From Longimicrobiales bacterium (lineage in GTDB: Bacteria > Gemmatimonadota > Gemmatimonadetes > Longimicrobiales > Gaopeijiaceae): a DNA stretch of 64,000 nt. Shown here piece by piece: positions 42,299 through 51,628 of this stretch (position 1 is its first letter; each line of letters opens with the position of its first letter). The translations under genes and the position numbers were made by a program. The notes beneath the pieces are model-generated. The model did not search any database. It was given only the letters and a program-made list of their open reading frames with translations, and had not been told where the DNA came from. The stretch covers positions 3,328,001-3,392,000 of the forward strand of contig OZ241892.1 of the NCBI GenBank assembly GCA_965203485.1. Direction: 5' to 3'.

Positions 42299-43571
42299 GG
42301 AATGGCCCCATATTTGTGGACACCGGTCTACCATGAGAGGAGTATCCACAATGCCGAGGATGCGCAAGCAGTATCCGCTCGAATACCGACGGAGGATCGT
42401 GGAGCTTGCACGTGAGGGGCGGTCGTGCGAGGACTTGGCGCGCGAGTTTGAGCCGTCGGCGGCGGCGATTCGGGCGTGGGCCAAGGAGGCCGAACTCGAC
42501 GAGTTGCGCCGAGGCGAGGGAATCGCGGCACAAATGCGGGTCGAGCATCGCCGCCTGAAGAGAGAGGTCCAACAGCTTCGGCGTGATCGGGCCATACTGG
42601 CACGTGCCATCGCCTGGCTTCAAGGAGGTGAGCGCATCGACCCTCGAAAGGTGTTCGAGTTTGTGAGCGCCAACGTGGATGACTTTCCGATACGGTCGAT
42701 GTGCCGTGTTCTCGGCTCGTCGCCGAGCGGCTACTACGCTTGGCGGAGGCGGCCGCCTTCGGCCCGGGCCCGCCGGGATGCCGTGCTCCGGCGGCAAGTG
42801 CTTGCCTCTTGGGAAGAGAGTCGGAGGACATACGGGCGTCGGCGGATCCACGCTGACCTCAAGGCGCAAGGTGAGAAGGCGTCCTTGAAGCGAATCGCCA
42901 GACTCATGCACGAAGAAGGCATCGAGGGCGCTCGCAGACGGCCGAAGGGCAACAACTCGAGGGCGGAGCGGCGCGGTTCGGATCGTCGATCAGCGCCTGA
43001 CCTCGTGAACCGGAACTTCCATGTGGACGGCCCCGACCGCCTCTGGGTCGCCGACATAACGCAGGTGTGGACGCGAGCTGGCTGGTCGTACGTGGCCGTC
43101 ATTCTAGATGCATGGAGCCGGATGGTCGTCGGCTGGGCGGCGGAGACGTACGCTTGTGCAACGCTTGTCGAGCAGGCCCTGGCCATGGCTGTCCGCCGCC
43201 GTAGCCCGAACGGCGTCGTGCATCACTCCGACCGGGGCTCGCAGTACAGGTCTCGAGCTCTTGCCGAACGGTGCCGACGGGCGAGGGTGCGGCCATCCAT
43301 GGGAGCGGCCGGCGACACCCTTGCCAACGCTTTGTGCGAGAGCTTCTTCGCAACGCTGGAGTGCGAGTTGCTCGACCGTAGCGACTTCGCGAACCAAGCC
43401 GAGGCCGAAACGGCCATCATCGAATTCATGGAGTGCTTCTACAATCTCCAGCGGCGGCATTCGGCGCTGGGCTATCTCGCCCCTGCCGAGCACGAACGTC
43501 GTCGGGGGTCGGCGACATCCGGCCCGTGCCCGTTGAAGTCGGCCGTCTACCGCGACGCTTCCCGGCTGTAG
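42299..43571 (+). mobile_element. IS3-family insertion sequence; right end not clearly recognisable
   Basis: Left-end-like GGAATGGCCCCATATTTGTGGACACC directly after the last repeat, followed by a transposase. Confidence 0.85.
42351..43571 (+). CDS. IS3-family transposase, OrfA and OrfB in a single frame
   Basis: GAGGAG RBS; YPLEYRRRIVEL HTH; MCRVLG...SGYYAW; DDE motifs WVADIT, HHSDRGSQY, NALCESFF. Confidence 0.9.
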   Translation: MPRMRKQYPLEYRRRIVELAREGRSCEDLAREFEPSAAAIRAWAKEAELDELRRGEGIAAQMRVEHRRLKREVQQLRRDRAILARAIAWLQGGERIDPRKVFEFVSANVDDFPIRSMCRVLGSSPSGYYAWRRRPPSARARRDAVLRRQVLASWEESRRTYGRRRIHADLKAQGEKASLKRIARLMHEEGIEGARRRPKGNNSRAERRGSDRRSAPDLVNRNFHVDGPDRLWVADITQVWTRAGWSYVAVILDAWSRMVVGWAAETYACATLVEQALAMAVRRRSPNGVVHHSDRGSQYRSRALAERCRRARVRPSMGAAGDTLANALCESFFATLECELLDRSDFANQAEAETAIIEFMECFYNLQRRHSALGYLAPAEHERRRGSATSGPCPLKSAVYRDASRL

Positions 43572-44977
43572 AAGACATTGGCATCGGTTGAACGGAGCAC
43601 GCTGCTGTCGGGCGGCCGCAGGCCGGATCTCCGCACGTCGTGCAAGAAGTCGAACTCGGCCAGCACTTCGCCGTCTTCTATGCGCACTTCGACGGCCCGG
43701 CCGCGCGTCGTGTAGGACGCTAGCAACCGTTTGCCGTCGGGCGATATCGATATCCGGCCCCGGAATGCCACGCGCCAGTTCCAGTACTTCGAATCGTCCT
43801 TCGGGAAGACGACGGTTTCTTGGCCTGTCGCGAAGTTCACGACGAGCACACGCGAGTAGACGTAGCGCGCGCCGTCGCGACGCCCGTGTCCGCCGTCGTT
43901 GTCGAGCATGACGAATTCGGAGCCGCGCAGGTGCTTAACGCTGTGTTGCGCCCCGAACGTGCCCCTGACGTAGCGCTTGAGCGCGTGCGTGTTCCTGTCC
44001 AAGATCGCAACGGCACTCAGCGTTCTTAGCGATAGCACGATGTCTCCCGGTTGCACGTCTGCCAAGCCCGAGACGTCGCCGCGTACCAGCGAGACGGAAT
44101 TCAGGTGGAACGGGTCGCAGGGGTCCGTCGTGAGCAGCACGGAAGCCCAGCGGGATTGCGCAAAGGCGGCGACCAGGGAGATCTGCTTGACGAGGGCACC
44201 TTCCGCGTCGAGCACTTTGACCACGTCGACGACCGTGGGGCCAGCGCCGCACGACCACGTGCCGAGATTGCCCGGCAAAACGATGTCTTCGGCGAGTTCG
44301 GCGCCCGGGACCCACACGGTGTCTCCCGCGGCAACATGCGGTTCGTGGTGGCTGTAGTCGCGGCGGTACCAGATCGGCTCGCCGACGCGCGTCACGCGCG
44401 CCACCCCCGCGTAGGACGGAAAATGGTAGTTCGCGTAACCGAAAACGGCAAGCAGGTCGCCGTTCGGGTACGACGTCATGTTGAAGATATAGGTCACGTC
44501 GTCGCTGTTTGCGCCGAACCCCTTCTCGTACGGAGACTCGGCGATTCGCGTTGCACCCAACAGCTCCGGCCGAAACGGTGTCCCCCCCCCCCCCCCCCCC
44601 CCACGGTATCCAGGATGGTACTCGACAGCCATGCAGCCCGTGCGGCAGTCTTCTTCATCGCTGAACTGCCACCGGCCCCCTTTGAGCACCACGGGGTCGC
44701 GCAGGCCATCTGAAGAGGCCACGTGAACCCGCCTCGCTTCGACGCTGTCCGCCGGAACGTCCGCCGACAACCATTTCGTCCCCAGATCGTCCGCCATGTG
44801 CGCCGCCGCCATGCTGATGAGCGGCCGGGCGCCTTGCCGGACCACCTGGTACGGGAACGATTCCGTCCAAGCCGCCAGCAGGCCGCCGCCCCATGCCAAC
44901 AAGGCGACCAAGAGCCGGACGATCCAGCGCACGGCTATCCCGCTCGCTTTTCCCGCTCCGCGTCGCCCCGGACTCAA
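43547..44977 (-). CDS. Arylsulfotransferase (ASST)-family protein
   Basis: N-terminal TM helix; YSHHEP, DPFHLNSV, FGAQH, LDN motifs; contains an in-frame G21 run. Confidence 0.75.
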   Translation of the reverse strand: MSPGRRGAGKASGIAVRWIVRLLVALLAWGGGLLAAWTESFPYQVVRQGARPLISMAAAHMADDLGTKWLSADVPADSVEARRVHVASSDGLRDPVVLKGGRWQFSDEEDCRTGCMAVEYHPGYRGGGGGGGTPFRPELLGATRIAESPYEKGFGANSDDVTYIFNMTSYPNGDLLAVFGYANYHFPSYAGVARVTRVGEPIWYRRDYSHHEPHVAAGDTVWVPGAELAEDIVLPGNLGTWSCGAGPTVVDVVKVLDAEGALVKQISLVAAFAQSRWASVLLTTDPCDPFHLNSVSLVRGDVSGLADVQPGDIVLSLRTLSAVAILDRNTHALKRYVRGTFGAQHSVKHLRGSEFVMLDNDGGHGRRDGARYVYSRVLVVNFATGQETVVFPKDDSKYWNWRVAFRGRISISPDGKRLLASYTTRGRAVEVRIEDGEVLAEFDFLHDVRRSGLRPPDSSVLRSTDANVFYSREASR

Positions 44978-46446
44978 CGGCTCCGGCTCGCCGGTTCGCG
45001 CCCGGCGGCGTCATCGCCGTCTTGGGCGCCGATGCCCCCCGAGTACAAGAAACTGCCGCCGTCCAAGAACCGCACCACGCCGCTGCCGCCGGCAAACACT
45101 TCCAGCGCCCGCACGTCGTGCACGGCGTCGAACTCGGCCATCACGGCTCCGTCGTCGATCCGGACTTCCACGGCCTTCGCGTGCCGCGAATAGGACGCCA
45201 ACACTCGAAGGCCGTCCGGAGACACGGAGACGCGCCCGCCGTCGTACTGCTTCCAAAGTTCCGAGGCGGCGCGGGCCGTTGGGAAGACCGTGTTCTCCTC
45301 ACCGGTCGCGGCGTCGACTACGAGTACGCGAGAAAAAGCCATGGGCGCTCCGTCGTGGCGTTGCCGCACGCCCAAGTTGTCGAACATGACGAACTTGGAG
45401 CCGTCCAGGTGCTTGACGCTCCCTTGGCGGCCGAACGTGCCTCGAACATAGCGCAACACTTTGGCGGAATGCCGGTGCAGGATTGCGAATGCACTGTAGT
45501 TTTCAATTGAAACGACCACATCGCCCGGACTCACGTCGTCCAGGCCCCAGACGCTGTTGCCCACGAGCGCCACCGAGTTGACGTGAAGCGGATTGCAACG
45601 GTCGAATTGTAACACCGCCACAGTGTTGATCACATGGGCGGCCCAAGGCGAGTCGAGAATCGCGTCGACGACGGATATTTCCCGTGCGAGCCTGCCGTCG
45701 CCGTCCAGAACGCTGATGACGGCGAGTTGCATGTCTTCCGGGCAGGAGTGGTTCACCATGGGCTGGGGACGGAGGCGAAAGGACTCGTCCGCCAGTCGGT
45801 GGCTCGGTACCCAGATCGTATCGCCGGGGCCGACGTGCGGCTCGCCGTGGCTGTAGTCGCGCCGGTACCAAAGAACGCGGCCGGATTGGTCGATGCGGGC
45901 AATCCCTCCGCCGGACGGATGAAAGTGGTCGCGGTGCCGAAACGTGGCAAACAAGTCGTCCGTCGACGAGGATGTCGCCACATAGTCGACGGCGAGAACG
46001 TCGCCGGCCTGGACGCCGGGAGTACGCTTGAACGGCAGGTCGACGACGGGTTCCACGGTTGCCAGGTCGTCGATCTCGAACGGCCACGCCCGCACCACGC
46101 GCCCGTCTCCCCAGTGCTCCACGGCAAGGCATCCGCCGTACCGAGGGCAGTGTTCCCGAAACTGCCACTTTCCCCCGACCGACAAGACCGGATCCGCGAG
46201 CGGTGCGTCTTCGGCCGTGCGAACGCGCGCGCCCGCGACGCTGTCGGCCGACATGTCCGCGAACTCCCAGCCTCCGGGGTCGGGTCGCTCCGCGAGACGC
46301 GCCTCCAGCATTCGCGACGCAGTCGTCGCCCACCGCCACGCCAAGGGCGCGGGGAACATCCACTTCGCCGCCCAGTACATCCCGGCGGCGAAAAACGCAA
46401 AGACCACGGCAACGCGGAACATCCACTTCGCGAGCCGGTCGGCCAT
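44974..46446 (-). CDS. Arylsulfotransferase (ASST)-family protein, paralogue of the adjacent gene
   Basis: Shares WYRRDYSH.EPHV, H(V/L)NSV, RYVRGTFG.Q.SVKHL and AVEVRI.DG with 43547-44977. Confidence 0.75.
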   Translation of the reverse strand: MADRLAKWMFRVAVVFAFFAAGMYWAAKWMFPAPLAWRWATTASRMLEARLAERPDPGGWEFADMSADSVAGARVRTAEDAPLADPVLSVGGKWQFREHCPRYGGCLAVEHWGDGRVVRAWPFEIDDLATVEPVVDLPFKRTPGVQAGDVLAVDYVATSSSTDDLFATFRHRDHFHPSGGGIARIDQSGRVLWYRRDYSHGEPHVGPGDTIWVPSHRLADESFRLRPQPMVNHSCPEDMQLAVISVLDGDGRLAREISVVDAILDSPWAAHVINTVAVLQFDRCNPLHVNSVALVGNSVWGLDDVSPGDVVVSIENYSAFAILHRHSAKVLRYVRGTFGRQGSVKHLDGSKFVMFDNLGVRQRHDGAPMAFSRVLVVDAATGEENTVFPTARAASELWKQYDGGRVSVSPDGLRVLASYSRHAKAVEVRIDDGAVMAEFDAVHDVRALEVFAGGSGVVRFLDGGSFLYSGGIGAQDGDDAAGREPASRSR

Positions 46447-46528
46447 CCCGCTCGGCCCGCCCCGTCTCGGGCGGCGAACGGGATGTCGTCCCCGGCGTCC
46501 GTTGCTCGGCGCCACCGGAGTCGTCCGC

Positions 46529-46906
46529 CTACCGCTCCGCGTCCGGCTGGTCGTGCCGAACTGGCCGCGCAAGCGCCGCGTGCGCCGCCATGCCCTCCAG
46601 TGCTCGCTCGAAGCTCACTAGCCGCCGCACCAAGGCATTGTACTTGGAATGCGCGTCATCCGGATGCTTGGCGGCAACTGCCCGGTACAGCGCGATTTCG
46701 GGCGGCTCTCCAGCCTCCTGCGCGGCGTCGGCTGGCCCGAACTCTCCGCTTCCCGACGCTCCCGGCACTTCCAATCCGGCCGCCCGCAAGCGCGGCGCGC
46801 CCACAAGCACCAGCAATGCCTCGACAGTTCGTTCGCCTTCGCGCAAGGCATCCAAGCCCCGGTTCACGAGGTTTGTCCCGGGCAACCCCTCCGGCGCCCG
46901 CGTCAC
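46529..46906 (-). CDS. Small hypothetical protein, partner of the nucleotidyltransferase
   Basis: LPG..LV..GL, ALLVLVGAPRL, AHSKYNALVRRLVSFERAL; 4-bp overlap with the upstream gene. Confidence 0.65.
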   Translation of the reverse strand: MTRAPEGLPGTNLVNRGLDALREGERTVEALLVLVGAPRLRAAGLEVPGASGSGEFGPADAAQEAGEPPEIALYRAVAAKHPDDAHSKYNALVRRLVSFERALEGMAAHAALARPVRHDQPDAER

Positions 46907-47514
46907 GGCGCCATTCCAGCCAACGCCCGGTCGATCTTTCGGCGGAAGGATGCCGCGTCGAGCGCCGGATAGCGTACCAGAGCCGGACCAATCGCCTCGA
47001 AGTACGAACTCAACCGGGCCGGCTCAATCAATCCCAGCCGGTGCATCGCCGCCACGTCAGGCAGATCTTGCGCATGACCACGCTCGATCTTGGCCAGGGC
47101 CTGGCCGTAGAAGTCGTAGTGGAAGAACTCGACGCGCCCGGTTCTGTGCACGAACACGCTTCGGTCGCGCCAGTTCGGCAAAGCGGGAATGAAGTCGTCG
47201 GGCGCCGCCAGTTCGACGTTGATGTTCAGCGCCTCCTTGGCCTTCGCTATCGCCTCCAGCGCTCCGGCCGGCTCCGGGTCCAGCTTGAGGTCGACGTCCA
47301 CGGTCGTTTCCCGCCAACCGAGCAACACCGCCGAGCTGCCGCCGACCAAGTAGACGCGGCCTCGGCCCCGCGACTCGGCGCCGATCCGCCGCAACAGCGT
47401 GCGCACGGCCGCGGCGCCCGCCAGTCCTCGCCCGCCGCCGGGCTCGCGGGTCCCAGTCACGGCCCCGCCGACATCGCCCGCCGACGCCTCGGGCTCACGT
47501 CGTTGCTTGCTCAA
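46903..47514 (-). CDS. DUF6036-like nucleotidyltransferase
   Basis: VYLVGGSSAVLLGWRETTVDVD (GG...DxD), ALAKIERG...D. Start uncertain. Confidence 0.75.
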   Translation of the reverse strand: MSKQRREPEASAGDVGGAVTGTREPGGGRGLAGAAAVRTLLRRIGAESRGRGRVYLVGGSSAVLLGWRETTVDVDLKLDPEPAGALEAIAKAKEALNINVELAAPDDFIPALPNWRDRSVFVHRTGRVEFFHYDFYGQALAKIERGHAQDLPDVAAMHRLGLIEPARLSSYFEAIGPALVRYPALDAASFRRKIDRALAGMAP

Positions 47515-47568
47515 TCATTCCTCGAAGGCCCTCCCGCGGCGTCTTCCCGTCGGCCGCAACCCATCTCT

Positions 47569-47721
47569 TCACCGCCTGCGACCCAGCGCGATCGCTTGCG
47601 TGACCGACGTCTTGCCGCAGTTGTTGGGGCCCACCAGCACCGTCGGATGGTCCAGCTCGATGCGCTGCCTCTCTCGGAATCGCTTGAAGTTCTCGACCTC
47701 CACGTATTCGAGCCGGCTCAT
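47569..47721 (-). pseudogene. N-terminal fragment of an AAA_15/OLD/SMC-like ATPase
   Basis: MSRLEYVEVENFKRF...TVLVGPNNCGKTSVTQAI, then a stop after 50 aa. Confidence 0.75.
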
Positions 47722-48392
47722 CCGTCCTCCACCTTCTCGGCCAGCGTCTCGAGCACGCGATGCAACGTGCGCTCTTCTCGCCTGAACGCGTACTTCCACG
47801 GCCCGAACGCGGCCAATAGTCCTCCGGCCAGCGCGGCGGGCACGAACAGAAACGGGGTGGCGGCGCCGAGCGCCACGGCCAGCGCGCCCGTGCCCATGGT
47901 GGCGATGGGGCCGACGCCCAGGCACGCCACGAGCATGCCGTCGCGATAGTTGCCGAGGACCCGAATGCGAGTCCGGCCGTCCTCGGCGCGGATGGAGACG
48001 TAGCGCCCGCCCATGGCGCTGCGCGCGCGCCACTCGAATCCGCCGAGCACTTCTTCGACGATCCCCTGGCGGGCGAACTCGGAGCGAATGACGTGGAGCA
48101 GATCGGGGAGGCGCTGGGCGTCCAGTTCCGCGGGCACGACGCGCTCCAGTTGCACGGTCGTGGGCATTCCGAGGACTTCGCCCGTGATGGGCCGGGCCCG
48201 CCCGTCCGCGGCGACCGAACGCGCGGCCCTCTCGACGCGCGCCGGATCGATGCCCGCTTCGGCGCCGATCTCCTTGAGCTGCGCAAGCGTGAGGCCGTCG
48301 CCTCGCTCGGCGGCTGGATCATCAGGCGAAGGGACCGCGGCCCGGTGCAGAATCAAGGCGACTTCTTCGTCTCCGTAGCGGCGTTCCGTCAT
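47718..48392 (-). CDS. Hypothetical membrane protein
   Basis: MTERRYGDEEVALILHRAA...GLTLAQLKEIGAEAGIDP; two C-terminal TM helices. Confidence 0.7.
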   Translation of the reverse strand: MTERRYGDEEVALILHRAAVPSPDDPAAERGDGLTLAQLKEIGAEAGIDPARVERAARSVAADGRARPITGEVLGMPTTVQLERVVPAELDAQRLPDLLHVIRSEFARQGIVEEVLGGFEWRARSAMGGRYVSIRAEDGRTRIRVLGNYRDGMLVACLGVGPIATMGTGALAVALGAATPFLFVPAALAGGLLAAFGPWKYAFRREERTLHRVLETLAEKVEDG

Positions 48393-48601
48393 CGCGCGGC
48401 CACTGCGTCCTCGCGCGCCGGCGAGGTCGACGAGTCCCGTGCGTCCGGCCAGCGACTCCGGCACGTCCCAGACGAGCGTCGGCGAAGCGCTGCCGAGCGT
48501 TGCATCGGAAGCGGTCGGGCGACGATCATTTCGCCAACGATAAACCTGGAAAATCCTCATGTCCACTGCGGATTTTCCAGCGAGGCCACAATGGACGCTT
48601 C

Positions 48602-49627
48602 CTAGCCGCCTAGCCGAAACCGCGCCAGCACCGGCAGGTGGTCGCTGGTCGTCTCCCTGTACTGGGGCACGTGCTCGTCCACGCGGTGCACGAGGGCCGA
48701 TCCCGCTTCGTACCAGGCCATCGACTCGTCCGAAGCCAGGATGTGGTCGATTACGTCGGCGAAGCCCAGGATGGAGGTTGCGCCGTCCGCCCCCAGCGCC
48801 TCCGTGGGGAAGACCCAGTCGGGCGCGCCGTCCAAGAGGATGCGGTAGGGAGTGTCGCGTCCGGGCGTGATCGACTCGTCCAGATCGTCGTTCCAATCGC
48901 CCGGAACGAACACGGCGCGGTCCGGCCACTCCGCGTCCAAGTACTCGCGCAGGCCGGTTGCCGCCGCGGCCCGGCGTTCCCACGAGGCCACCTCCTGGTT
49001 GGCCTTGGCGTGAAGGACGAGCGCGACGGCGTCGTGCTGGGCCGCGTCGACGGAGATGCGCACGCGGACCTCGAGCGGCGGCCGCCCCGCGAACTCGCTG
49101 TTGAGGTCCGTGAGCACGATCCGCGCACCCTGCACTTGGACGGCGGACCGCTTGTACACCAGCCCCACCTTGATTTCGCCCGCGTCGTAGAAGGCCGCCC
49201 CGTTCTCGACGGACGGATCGTTCGCGAGCAGGCCGCCGTAGCCCGGAAGTTGCGCCAGCAGTTCGTCGAAGGCCGTCGCGCTCGTCACCTCCTGCACTCC
49301 CCACAGGTCCGCGTCGGTGCCCAGGATCACGTCGCGCACGCGGGCGCGCTGGAGCCGTTCGTCGGCCGGCCCCGCGTTGGGGGCGCCGAAGTTGAGCAGG
49401 TTCCAGGTCGCCACGTCGAAGGTGGACGAGTCGCCGGCTGCGGGGACGGCGACCGGCTCCGGGTCGGGTCCGGGCTCGTCCGGCGGGCGGGTCGGCGTCG
49501 TTCGGTCCGATCCGCACGCGGCGGTTGCGAGGAGGAGGGCGAAGGGCGCGGGTCGGCCTGGACGGGAAACGCGGCGGCGGACGCGGCGGGCACGCGGGTT
49601 GCGTTCGGGACGGCCGAAGAAAGCCAT
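48602..49627 (-). CDS. Endonuclease/exonuclease/phosphatase family lipoprotein
   Basis: TAAC lipobox; ATWNL, GVQEV, GDWND, IDHIL, SDHLPV. Start uncertain. Confidence 0.88.
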   Translation of the reverse strand: MAFFGRPERNPRARRVRRRVSRPGRPAPFALLLATAACGSDRTTPTRPPDEPGPDPEPVAVPAAGDSSTFDVATWNLLNFGAPNAGPADERLQRARVRDVILGTDADLWGVQEVTSATAFDELLAQLPGYGGLLANDPSVENGAAFYDAGEIKVGLVYKRSAVQVQGARIVLTDLNSEFAGRPPLEVRVRISVDAAQHDAVALVLHAKANQEVASWERRAAAATGLREYLDAEWPDRAVFVPGDWNDDLDESITPGRDTPYRILLDGAPDWVFPTEALGADGATSILGFADVIDHILASDESMAWYEAGSALVHRVDEHVPQYRETTSDHLPVLARFRLGG

Positions 49628-49843
49628 GCGTGGAATATGGGGGTCGAGGCGGGCGCTGGCACGCGGAGCACGCGAAAGCACGTCGGCGCGACCCATCCAA
49701 GCATGAGGCCGCCCGATCGGCTACGTTCTAGTCGGCGGATGTCCTAGCATGACGGTTCGCGAGGCCAGGCGTAAGGAGCCCGGCCGCTGGAGACCAACGC
49801 AAGCCGTCGAACGCCGAGGGCGACGGGAGAGGAGGCAAGCAGG

Positions 49844-50359
49844 ATGGAAATGCTGGGAAACGTCGTAGCGCTGGCCGTGGGCCTGATGGTGCTGGGGAGG
49901 TTCCTCGCCGGGCGCTTCGAAGGGAGCTTCGCCGCAATCGAGACGCGCTTCAAGGCATTGGACACGCGCTTCGACGCGGTGGACACGCGCTTCAAGGGGA
50001 TGGAAGAGCGCTTCGAAGGGATGGAAGAGCGCTTCAAGGGGATCGACGCGCGTTTCGAGACCATGAGCGACGAGATGAACCGCCGGTTCGACCACGTAGA
50101 CCTGCGGTTCGACCGAATGGACCAGCGGATCGACGCGTTGGGCACGAGGCTCGCCAAGGTCGAGCGAAGGATTGACGGCTTGGACCAGCGGATCGACGGC
50201 CTGGACCAGCGGATCGACGACATGGGCAATCGGATCGACGACATGGGCGCTCGGATCAACGACTTCAAGGACGTAACCGAGGCTCGCATAGAGGACCTCC
50301 GAGAGATCACGGCGGCGCGGATCACCGACATCAAGGAAGTGATGCTCGCAAGGGTCTGA
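49844..50359 (+). CDS. Membrane-anchored heptad-repeat coiled-coil protein
   Basis: N-terminal hydrophobic helix, then about 15 heptads of the form DTRFDAV/EERFEGM/DQRIDGL. Confidence 0.75.
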   Translation: MEMLGNVVALAVGLMVLGRFLAGRFEGSFAAIETRFKALDTRFDAVDTRFKGMEERFEGMEERFKGIDARFETMSDEMNRRFDHVDLRFDRMDQRIDALGTRLAKVERRIDGLDQRIDGLDQRIDDMGNRIDDMGARINDFKDVTEARIEDLREITAARITDIKEVMLARV

Positions 50360-51628
50360 CCGGCGCCGGAACCGCACCCACGCGATGGAGGGCGATCTTC
50401 GGGCCCGTGCACGCGTCGGCCGCCCGTCGCAGAGCGCGTTGCAGGTCCGCCTCCAAGTCTTCGGCCGCTTCGATCCCCACCGAAATCCGCAACAGCCCGT
50501 CGCGGATTCCGGCGGCTCGGCGGGCAGGCTCGTCCATCGACGCGTGGGTCATCGTCCAAGGATGCGCCACCAAGCTCTCCACGCCTCCGAGCGATTCGGC
50601 CAGCACGAACTGGCGCAGGCCCGCCGCGAACGCTTCCGCCGCTCGTCGGCCTCCCCGCAGCTCGAACGACAAGAGGCTGCCCCAGCCCAGTTGCTGGCGC
50701 GCCGCGACCTCGTGCCCCGGGTGGCTGGCGAGGCTCGGATGGTTGACGCGGCTCACCGCCTCGCTCCCCGCCAGCGTCGCCACGACCGCCAACGCGTTCT
50801 CCGCGTGCACGCGGCTTCGAGCGTGCAGCGTGCGGATGCCTCGCAACGTCAGGTAGGAATCGAAGGGCGCGCCGGATGCGCCAAGCGCGTTCGTCCACCA
50901 CTCCAACTCGTCCAGGACGGCCGGATCCGCCGCCACCGCCGCGCCGCCGACCACGTCGCTGTGGCCGTTCAGGAACTTCGTCGTCGAGTGGACCACGATA
51001 TCCGCGCCGAGTTCGAGCGGACGCTGGTTGACGGGCGACAGGAAGGTGTTGTCCACCACGCAAAGCGCGCCGGCCTGCCGCGCCGCGCCAGACGCGCCCA
51101 GCGAGCGATGTCGGCGATGCGCATCAGCGGATTGCTTGGCGTCTCCATCCAGATCATGCGGGGCCGCAGCCGGCGGACTTCGGCCCGCGCCGCGGGATCG
51201 GTCTGGTCGACGAAGCGGACCCGGTAGGCCCCGCGTCGCTCGTCGGCCGTGAACAGGCGATGGCATCCGCCGTAGCAGTCGTGCGGGGCCACCAGCAAGT
51301 CGCCCGCCGAGAGCAGCCGCGTGACGACGGCCACCGCCGCCATCCCCGAAGACGTGACCACTGCGCCCGCGCCTCCCTCCAGTTCGGAGACCGCCCCGGC
51401 CGCCAAGTCGCGCGTCGGGTTGCCGGAGCGCGTGTAGTCGTACCGCCCGAAGACGCCCGGCGAGTCGAACACGAAGTTGGACGAGAGATGGAGGGGTGGC
51501 ATGACCGCCCGGTGCGCCGCGTCCGAGCCGATGCCGGCGCGCACTGCCGACGTGACCGCCGATCGGCGCCGATCGGCCGCACAATCGGCGGGGACCTGCT
51601 CGCCGGCGCCCGCGGGCACGGCGGTCAC
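50331..51628 (-). pseudogene. metB: Cystathionine gamma-synthase, frameshifted
   Basis: YTRSGNPT, SSGMAA and ETPSNP in one frame; VVDNTF, HSTTKFLNGHSD and AESLGGVESL in another; 5-bp duplication at 51078-51087. Confidence 0.88.

Noticed and set aside
42219..42350. Transposase N-terminal extension encoded by the last spacer and repeat
   Set aside because: A good RBS and ATG at 42351 mark the real start.
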